Below are positions 27,621-34,174 of a stretch of 34,174 bases of DNA, piece by piece. Both the position numbers and the translations under genes were made by a program. Each line of letters starts with the position of its first letter. The stretch's first letter is position 1. This DNA is from a virus. Taxonomy: Duplodnaviria; Caudoviricetes. The DNA lies in the IMG/VR virus record IMGVR_UViG_3300017589_000286, positions 1-34,174 of that record. The stretch is one strand, 5' to 3'. The notes below the pieces were generated by a model. That model did not search any database. It was not told where the DNA came from and saw nothing but the letters and a program-made list of their open reading frames with translations.

Positions 27621-29344
27621 CGAAAATTAAGTTCCATGATGCAGATCTCAATGAGCTAGCCACTCTCAATGCTGCTTTGTCTGCTGTGAAAACAGAACGA
27701 CTGAATTCGAACAATACACTGGACTTTTCCTGCAGGGTTAAAGGAACTGCTGCTACATACCTAAACGAAAACACAATTTGCTCACTCGATGGTGACTATT
27801 ACGATGTTGCCTTCTTCAAGAGTGCACAGCAAGCTAACGGTCAATTGCTTTATGATGTTCAGTGTGAGCATATCAGCTACCGTCTAAACAATCCGGATTT
27901 CAATGTTGAATACTTCACTATGACAGGTTCTCCAACAGCGATTCTGGGGGCAATTCTGGCTGATACGGGTTTCTCTGCTGGGACTGTTGAGTTTACGACG
28001 GCGATAACAATCTCACTTCAGGAAGCGGCATCGAGACGTGGACTGTTGATGTATCTAATTGCACAGCTAGATGGAGATTTAGTCTGCAATGGCTTTCAAA
28101 TCTCGATTGTTGAGCATCGCGGATCGGCTACACCGAAGCCTTTGGTGGTTGGGAAAAACGTTACTGTTGTGTCTAAATCCGTTAATAAGCGAAACCGTGA
28201 TAGCCAGGGCAATCCAATCGTTTCTTATGCTTGCGATGTGTATAAGGGAACGGCATTGGTGCTTGGAGATGCTGTTACGCTGGATTATGACATCCTCGGC
28301 ATCGATGCGACCTTGCGTGTTATGGAAATCAGCTATGATCCATACAATCCGGCTAACGTAAGCATAGAGGTTGGAAACCTTTCTGATCGACTTGAGGACG
28401 ATATCTACAGGATAGAGACAGAAACGGTGGCCAAGAACAAGACTTACTATGGCACTCGAATCGGTCCTGAAATTGGCTTCGAAACCATTAGGAACGACAA
28501 AAAAGCTCGTTCTATCATGAATGCTGATATGTTCAAAATGCAGAAGGGGGACGGCAGTGGGACAAACTGGACTGATGTTTTATATTTTGATGCTGTTACA
28601 GGCGAGTATGTGTTCGATGGCAAGCTCTCTGCCGGGTTGATTTCAGCTCTGGAAGCCGAGTTCGATGTGACCATTTCTAACACGGTAATTGTCAACAATT
28701 TGACCGCTGCAAAGGGAAACATTGCTGAATTAACGGTTGATGAGCTTGATACTAGTGACAAGGTCAATAACTACAAAGCTGACCCACAAATTGCTTCGGA
28801 TGTAAACTACATTCATATTTACGATCAAGTAATGGCTTGGGTTACTGCTAAGAAAAAAGAAACAGGAACTTTGCCAGTGTATAGTCGTAGCGGTCTTCAA
28901 CTATATTGGACGGACGAAACCATGACTGGTGTAACAGAAGAAGCTAACGCGTATCCTGTAACCACGTTTGACTATGATATGTTCCAAAAGCTTAAAATAT
29001 ACTTTGATGAGTCCGACAGTAACGTACCCATAATTGAGATGGGTGTTGGTATAGGAGATCCTTTATATCCAGAGCGCGGTCGCGGGTTTATCAGCAAGGA
29101 CGCCAACGGGCTACTGCTGAAGTACATCGACACAGAAGGAGACGAAGGAACAATCCGGATAACCGACTTCGTGGATGCCAAGCAGCGGCGACTTAAAAGC
29201 TGCGCGATAAACAAAAGCGCAGGAACCATTACGCTGGGATTTGAAGGAACAGCAACGACCGTAACAATCACATACACGGAGAGCGCATCCGGAATGAGCT
29301 TCACATGGCCGGACGGATACAACGCCACCGTGTCGATTAGTTAG
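27617..29344 (+). CDS. Tail tip / Tal-like (prophage tail) protein
   Basis: N-terminal E.LN..NTLDF..CEHISYRLN, GKNV and SIEVGN hub pattern; ATGA-coupled to TMP. Confidence 0.75.
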   Translation: MTKIKFHDADLNELATLNAALSAVKTERLNSNNTLDFSCRVKGTAATYLNENTICSLDGDYYDVAFFKSAQQANGQLLYDVQCEHISYRLNNPDFNVEYFTMTGSPTAILGAILADTGFSAGTVEFTTAITISLQEAASRRGLLMYLIAQLDGDLVCNGFQISIVEHRGSATPKPLVVGKNVTVVSKSVNKRNRDSQGNPIVSYACDVYKGTALVLGDAVTLDYDILGIDATLRVMEISYDPYNPANVSIEVGNLSDRLEDDIYRIETETVAKNKTYYGTRIGPEIGFETIRNDKKARSIMNADMFKMQKGDGSGTNWTDVLYFDAVTGEYVFDGKLSAGLISALEAEFDVTISNTVIVNNLTAAKGNIAELTVDELDTSDKVNNYKADPQIASDVNYIHIYDQVMAWVTAKKKETGTLPVYSRSGLQLYWTDETMTGVTEEANAYPVTTFDYDMFQKLKIYFDESDSNVPIIEMGVGIGDPLYPERGRGFISKDANGLLLKYIDTEGDEGTIRITDFVDAKQRRLKSCAINKSAGTITLGFEGTATTVTITYTESASGMSFTWPDGYNATVSIS

Positions 29345-29357
29345 GGGGTGGAGAACT

Positions 29358-29621
29358 ATGTCATTAACAGATGCCGACCGGATGCAGATGGCACTGATGG
29401 CTGTGATGAGACACAACGTGGTGACTATCCGCGAGGAGGACCCCGGGCCAGAGCCCGGTGGCGGTGGTTATTTCGGAGAGATTGAAGCGCTGCTAATCAG
29501 CGAACCGGAAGTTGTAGAACCGGCTATATACGCGCCTCAAATTACTGTTTCAGTAACTGAGTTGCCAACCGTTGTGACAGTATCCGGGACTTGGACTTAC
29601 AGCGCGTATTTACAGCTATAA
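29358..29621 (+). CDS. Hypothetical tail-region protein
   Basis: SD GGAG; EDPGPEPGGGG linker. Confidence 0.7.
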   Translation: MSLTDADRMQMALMAVMRHNVVTIREEDPGPEPGGGGYFGEIEALLISEPEVVEPAIYAPQITVSVTELPTVVTVSGTWTYSAYLQL

Positions 29622-29636
29622 AAAGGAGTGATTTTT

Positions 29637-30449
29637 TTGCCACAAGGCATAATTCGCGAAGGCTTTACTTGCGACTTTACGGTTTACCCTTTTGGAGACG
29701 TTCGTGGTAGGCAGGTGGTAACCAGAGCATTTGCAGACCGCCTCGTAGCAACCGGGTTGTGGTCGATATTTGACGAATCGATCCCAACAACAAATTTTAC
29801 GAGTGATACCACATATTATAGAATCTGGCTTAAATTTGGAAACAGTAGCCGATACTTTAGACTTCAGGTTCGAGGAGGGACCAATGCTAGCAACTTGAAT
29901 ATGGACATAAGTCTCCTACAAACAAATAGCACAACGGCTGTGCTCGTGCCCGGCTCTGCTACTGCACTGTGCCACTCAACTCTGGGATATACCCGTCTTG
30001 GACTTCAGACGATTTACGGCCCTTCGTGGATGATATTTTTACCCATCTCGTACGGGCTAAACTACCAAGACCCAACAGTCGCAACATATCCGATCTGCGT
30101 TCAAACCTTTGAAGATTTCCTAGCCACCGAAAACACAATGGAGGGGATTTTTATGTGGAGCTCACAGTCCGGCCAAGCATCTATGTCCGGTGCATTAACC
30201 GGCTACATGTATGTCGACGGCATCGAATATACCGCTCTCCCCGGAGCCTCCTATATACCTCCCGCTAATCCAAACATAGAGCTTATGGCTCCATCATTCG
30301 GACCCAATGGGACGAATTGGAGGCGAAAGGATGTATACGGGTTCAGCAATAAAATCGGGGTGGTTGTAGGTTCGGTCTTATCTATAAACGACCATTACTT
30401 CATGTTAATGAGCAACTCGCTTATCGCAGATTTGGGAGCTATACCATGA
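29637..30449 (+). CDS. Putative receptor-binding / distal tail protein
   Basis: Last gene before lysis; beta-rich, aromatic/Thr-rich; TTG after AGGAG. Confidence 0.55.
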   Translation: MPQGIIREGFTCDFTVYPFGDVRGRQVVTRAFADRLVATGLWSIFDESIPTTNFTSDTTYYRIWLKFGNSSRYFRLQVRGGTNASNLNMDISLLQTNSTTAVLVPGSATALCHSTLGYTRLGLQTIYGPSWMIFLPISYGLNYQDPTVATYPICVQTFEDFLATENTMEGIFMWSSQSGQASMSGALTGYMYVDGIEYTALPGASYIPPANPNIELMAPSFGPNGTNWRRKDVYGFSNKIGVVVGSVLSINDHYFMLMSNSLIADLGAIP

Positions 30450-30473
30450 TCATCTGAGAGGAAAGGATATTGA

Positions 30474-31028
30474 TTGCCAATGGAGATAGTGTTTAAAGAG
30501 ATTACAGGTTATGCTGAAAAGACATTTGCTGGGGTTAAGCCCTTCTTAGCAGCTGTAATCAGCGCAGCGTGCTATATCATGTTCCCAGATAAGTCAATGA
30601 TGATAGCGTTGTGCATGGTTCTGGGGGCAGCTATGATCGATATCATCACCAAATGGGTAGCCATCTGCAAGAGAGCAGGTGGCTATATTAATGCCGTAAA
30701 AAGCGGGAAGTTAAGCTCTAAGGCAATGTGGGAAGGGACGAGGATTAAAATCTTCTCTTACCTCATTGTCGCAATCCTCACCGGGATGGCTTACCGTATA
30801 ATCTATTTACAACAGTTTGGTATGGTCTTGGCTACGTTTGTCTATGCGATTATGTTCCTGCGTGAGTTTGAAAGCAATGTTGAAAACTTATGTGAAGCAG
30901 GCTCGGATTTAAGATGGCTGCTACTTTTTACACGAAAGAAAAACAAAGAGATTATGCGCGAATACACCGAAGAAACAACTTTAAAAGGGTTAAATCAGAA
31001 GGATGGTGAGAACGATAGTAGAGTCTAA
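30474..31028 (+). CDS. Holin (phage_holin_4-like)
   Basis: Several TM segments; IDIITK..LSSK.M..G..K..Y..REFESNVENL pattern. Confidence 0.85.
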   Translation: MPMEIVFKEITGYAEKTFAGVKPFLAAVISAACYIMFPDKSMMIALCMVLGAAMIDIITKWVAICKRAGGYINAVKSGKLSSKAMWEGTRIKIFSYLIVAILTGMAYRIIYLQQFGMVLATFVYAIMFLREFESNVENLCEAGSDLRWLLLFTRKKNKEIMREYTEETTLKGLNQKDGENDSRV

Positions 31029-31608
31029 CCTCAAAAAGCTAACAGTGATCAAGGGGCATACACCAAGCAATAACTATGATGGCTATGACCCACATAGGCA
31101 TTGGGAATTGTTCAACATGCCTGTAAGTGATTATCTTGAGAAGGTAGTCAAGCAACGAGATCGTATTTTCCCACCAGCTGATATGAAGGACTTGGTGTTA
31201 TCACCTTGGCAGGTCCCATGGATCCGCGAAAACGTTCAAAAAGTTGGTTATGATTTTCTTCAAAAAGCAGATCCGATTCACAAGGATCTTTATGCCTTTG
31301 GTAGCATTCATGATGGAGTTGATGGTCAGCATCTCTTGGAGGGTGGCCCGGGTGTATTCGTTAAAACTGTTAGATCAGTTTATCATAATAAAGCTGGTTA
31401 TAATGCGACTGCAGATATTTATGAGATTCAAATGGATTCAGTTCTCGAGCTCTGGGAGGCTCAACTAGGATTCGCAGCACTTGAGGAGTTCAATAGATTA
31501 GACTTAGTCCAAGATCTAATGAAATGGAAAAAGACCCTTGAACAGCCGGTTGAGCAGTGGTTGTTTTGGGAAATATTATTACGATTTATGAAGAAATACA
31601 TGAAGTAG
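31003..31608 (+). CDS. Unassigned protein in the endolysin position
   Basis: Soluble 201-aa ORF between two holins; no lysin family recognised. Confidence 0.6.
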   Translation: MVRTIVESNLKKLTVIKGHTPSNNYDGYDPHRHWELFNMPVSDYLEKVVKQRDRIFPPADMKDLVLSPWQVPWIRENVQKVGYDFLQKADPIHKDLYAFGSIHDGVDGQHLLEGGPGVFVKTVRSVYHNKAGYNATADIYEIQMDSVLELWEAQLGFAALEEFNRLDLVQDLMKWKKTLEQPVEQWLFWEILLRFMKKYMK

Positions 31609-31623
31609 AAAGGAGGTGCACAC

Positions 31624-31857
31624 ATGCAAATTAACTGGATACAGAAGCTCACTAGTAGAAAATTCTGGGCAGCAATCATCGGCTTTATAACCGCAATTAT
31701 GATTGCTTTCGGCATTGATGATCTGACTATTGAGCAAGTGGTAGCCTTGATTACAGCATCTTCCACTCTAATCGCTTACATCATTGGAGAGGGATTAGTT
31801 GATGCTGCAAGGTTAAACGCGGAAGTTTCTATGAGTGAAGAAGTAAAACAAGGTTAA
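31624..31857 (+). CDS. Second holin-like two-TM protein
   Basis: INW.QKLTSRKFWAA..IAYIIGEGLVDAAR; SD AAAGGAGGTG. Confidence 0.8.
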   Translation: MQINWIQKLTSRKFWAAIIGFITAIMIAFGIDDLTIEQVVALITASSTLIAYIIGEGLVDAARLNAEVSMSEEVKQG

Positions 31858-31877
31858 TTAACTAAACAGAGCAAAGT

Positions 31878-31916
31878 AACAGCCCCGGATGCCGTAATTG
31901 GTGTTCGGGGCTGTTT
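31878..31916 (+). terminator. Terminator hairpin ending the late operon
   Basis: AACAGCCCCGGATGCC..GGTGTTCGGGGCTGTTT. Confidence 0.75.
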
Positions 31917-32048
31917 GCATTGAGGGCGTGGTTTATTGTTATAGACACCTCCTCTATAACGAATAATATTTAAGAATTTATTCGTTCCTTATAGACTTAT
32001 GTAGCTTTCTGTGGTAAAATCTTTCGTGAACGCGAAAGGAGATTTTCT

Positions 32049-32942
32049 ATGATAGCAGAAAATGTACAAACACAGGCCTCAATTAATTGGTTAGGTAGTC
32101 TAGCAGCTTTTTCAAATATAGCTTTACTTATTTTAACGTTCATTTCAGTAAAGTATGCATATCAAGTATATATACATCAAAAGGATAGAGCAAAAAAAGA
32201 CGCTTCATGTTCATTGGCAAAGTGTTTTGCAGATTACATAATCGATCAAATTACCTTTATTAGTAATTGTTTGCGAGCTTCGGAATGTACAAATATCATA
32301 GAGGAGATCTTTCCTATTAATTCCTTAATATTGTTTGACGAAGGTGAACTTTACGAGCTTACCAAAAACAACAAAGAGAACTTTGAAAAATTGAAATTAA
32401 AAATGGATTCCATGGACCCGGTATGCATTGCGCAAGCAATGCTAATTGATGCTAAGACTTTCCAGGAAGCAAAGCAAATTAGAGATCATATAGGATTGAT
32501 GATGCTGGATGATACAAGTATGATTACAAAAGCTGCACAAAAATTGGGGGAAAGAGAATTAGGGCTGCTACGGGAGGAGAAACAACTACTAGAAAGTTTT
32601 TACGCATTCAAATATGATAGTGTTTTAACCGAACTTCAAAACAGATTGGAATGGTTTGCATTGACATGCAGATATGGATTAGCTGATGAAGAGATGATTT
32701 ACCAATCACTACATACGGTTTTCTTACACACTGTATGGAGCGTATCATATTATATCAGCATAAGGAATGTTAATGCCGATGACAAGTTATATACCAATAT
32801 TATATGGTTATTCAACCATTGGAGGAACAGATCAATTGAGATAAAAGAAGGAATAAAATCTAATGAACAAGCCGCTGAAGAACAACTTAAAAAGGTAAAG
32901 CGAGGTTCTAGCACTGGATATGCTGGAAAATCATTAGATTAG
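32049..32942 (+). CDS. Membrane-anchored DUF4760-like moron protein
   Basis: N-terminal TM; NRLEWFA...GLADEEMIYQS..LYTNII.L motif; extended -10 TGGTAAAAT at about 32012-32020; AT-rich. Confidence 0.7.
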   Translation: MIAENVQTQASINWLGSLAAFSNIALLILTFISVKYAYQVYIHQKDRAKKDASCSLAKCFADYIIDQITFISNCLRASECTNIIEEIFPINSLILFDEGELYELTKNNKENFEKLKLKMDSMDPVCIAQAMLIDAKTFQEAKQIRDHIGLMMLDDTSMITKAAQKLGERELGLLREEKQLLESFYAFKYDSVLTELQNRLEWFALTCRYGLADEEMIYQSLHTVFLHTVWSVSYYISIRNVNADDKLYTNIIWLFNHWRNRSIEIKEGIKSNEQAAEEQLKKVKRGSSTGYAGKSLD

Positions 32943-32945
32943 TTC

Positions 32946-32974
32946 TTGACATTGCTACGCTTAAGATGTAATAT
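32946..32974 (+). promoter_or_regulatory. Sigma-A promoter of small-peptide gene
   Basis: TTGACA 32946-32951, 17 bp, TAATAT 32969-32974. Confidence 0.7.
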
Positions 32975-33010
32975 ATAAACGTATAGACACTTTTGAAGGG
33001 AGCGATGAAG

Positions 33011-33106
33011 ATGTGGATACCATCAGTTGAAGCGTTAAATCCTATTAAAGCCATCAATGAAATTGTATTGAAGGAAAAAAAGAATGAAGAGTTGAAGAAA
33101 CCATAA
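33011..33106 (+). CDS. 31-aa peptide MWIPSVEALNPIKAINEIVLKEKKNEELKKP (alternative ATG at 33005)
   Basis: Promoter, SD GAAGGGAG, ORF and terminator all present. Confidence 0.65.
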   Translation: MWIPSVEALNPIKAINEIVLKEKKNEELKKP

Positions 33107-33122
33107 AATTGTATAATGTTTT

Positions 33123-33150
33123 AAAGCAGCTAAACCTTAGCTGCTTTTTT
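33123..33150 (+). terminator. Intrinsic terminator
   Basis: AAAGCAGCTAA-ACC-TTAGCTGC followed by T6. Confidence 0.88.
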
Positions 33151-33156
33151 ATTTGG

Positions 33157-33313
33157 TTGTCCACATTTTGACCACGGGTTTTCTCTTTTCACCGAATATT
33201 TAACCTCATCAAGCCTCGAATTCGAGAAGAATAATATAGTTAAACATCGTAATGCGGTAGAGTCAAACCATGAAAGGGTCTAAAATCCCACATTCTAAAT
33301 GGATATGATGTAG
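33157..33313. other. Candidate attR region (arm-type repeats and possible core)
   Basis: TTGTCCAC/TTGACCAC direct repeat with 11-bp period; ATGGATATGATGTAG at 33299-33313. Confidence 0.45.
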
Positions 33314-33350
33314 GTTTCCTAGATTAGCTTAAGCCTTATAAGTACATAGT

Positions 33351-33391
33351 AACCGCCCACTTGCGTATGAGATACGCCGGTGGGCGGTTTT
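33351..33391. terminator. GC-rich hairpin / terminator outside the prophage
   Basis: AACCGCCCAC..GCGTAT-GAG-ATACGC..GTGGGCGGTT-TT. Confidence 0.75.
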
Positions 33392-33406
33392 GCTGACGTT
33401 TGTTGT

Positions 33407-34174
33407 TTAATTACTCGCTGTTTCTCTCTTGAGATAATCTATGCCTTGCTCTTGAAAGTCCTTGAGCGAGGAAAACTGTTTGTCAACCGTGTTCGTAATC
33501 TGGCTCTGATTAAAATCAGATAAGTTAGAAAAACTTTCATGAATAATCAGACTACGAAACATCATGCGGTGTTGTTGAAATCTCAAGCAAGTGATGACTA
33601 CTTTGGAAGCCTTGGCGTCTTGGTTTACTCCAAAAATGTAAATTGGCTTTCGAATCATAAGTGCGTAATCAACAGTTAAATCTGTTTCTGGTGTTGGTGT
33701 AAAGCTTTTTTTAATTTCGAAGTTAAATGTAGGACCAATCTCTTGAATAACAAAACTTTCCAAATGCTCGTAAAACAGAGATTTCTCAGTTTCCCGTTTA
33801 TATAGGTCAAGGCTGCTGACCTTAGTTAATGCTTGAACAAATTGATATAATCCAAAATTGAACTGTTCAATCCTTAAATCAAGAAATATATTACCATCAT
33901 CGATATTGCATCTATTCTGCTCAATTATACTATTAAGGAGTCTGACTCTATTCTTATTTGTTAAATCTAAATCATAAGAAAGTTTCATTAAGGTTAAACC
34001 ATAATCACTTAACCTAATATAGCTATTACCGAGAGGTGATTCCTCAACAAAAACATCAAACATATCTCCATCTTCGTGAAAATAGGGGAGTAACACTTTG
34101 TAGATGTTTGTTCGTTTCTCTCTAAACTCAATTGTCGGTACTTGATTTTTCAAAAGATCAAGAGGTAAAGGCAT
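33407..34174 (-). CDS. DUF1828/DUF1829-like protein (probably outside the prophage)
   Basis: PYFHEDGD..RLSDYGLTL (DUF1828-like), FVQAL.KV, VDYAL C-terminal domain; ATG at the window edge so start context unseen. Confidence 0.75.
   Translation of the reverse strand: MPLPLDLLKNQVPTIEFREKRTNIYKVLLPYFHEDGDMFDVFVEESPLGNSYIRLSDYGLTLMKLSYDLDLTNKNRVRLLNSIIEQNRCNIDDGNIFLDLRIEQFNFGLYQFVQALTKVSSLDLYKRETEKSLFYEHLESFVIQEIGPTFNFEIKKSFTPTPETDLTVDYALMIRKPIYIFGVNQDAKASKVVITCLRFQQHRMMFRSLIIHESFSNLSDFNQSQITNTVDKQFSSLKDFQEQGIDYLKRETASN

Noticed and set aside
27617-30449. Diversity-generating retroelement or invertible tail-fibre cassette
   Set aside because: No reverse transcriptase, invertase, or template/variable repeat pair seen
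31920-31960. Minus-strand SD GAGGAGGTG at about 31955-31947
   Set aside because: Followed by ATA rather than a normal start and no credible ORF; at most a remnant

Overview
The window is a near-complete temperate siphovirus-type prophage of about 33.3 kb in a Firmicutes-like (Clostridia-like) host, followed by one probable flanking gene. Gene order: tyrosine integrase (ending at base 1, so attL lies outside the window); lysogeny accessory genes (NYN/LabA RNase, HIRAN protein, membrane protein); a cI/cro switch with three ACWAC-N5-GTWGT operators; early genes, including an antisense Abi-alpha/DUF4393-like gene and an xis-like HTH; a replication module (SNF2 helicase, prim-pol/PriCT/DUF927 primase-helicase, iteron origin, VRR-NUC); an ArpU/RinA-like late activator; two morons (DUF2971-like, and DUF5678-like plus retropepsin protease); HNH, cos region, terminases and an HK97-type head; a non-contractile tail; holin, an unassigned gene, a second holin; a right-end DUF4760-like moron with a tiny-peptide unit; and a candidate attR. 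The most interesting signals are: (1) a highly structured, TTTAGA-punctuated RNA leader in front of the NYN nuclease, a candidate RNA-antitoxin or self-processing system; (2) the DUF5678 + aspartic protease cassette bounded by duplicated hairpins; (3) a 17-bp RNA hairpin displaying a perfect anti-Shine-Dalgarno loop in the late leader; (4) a gene in the endolysin position with no recognisable lysin domain. All family assignments come from motif recognition by eye and were not database-checked.
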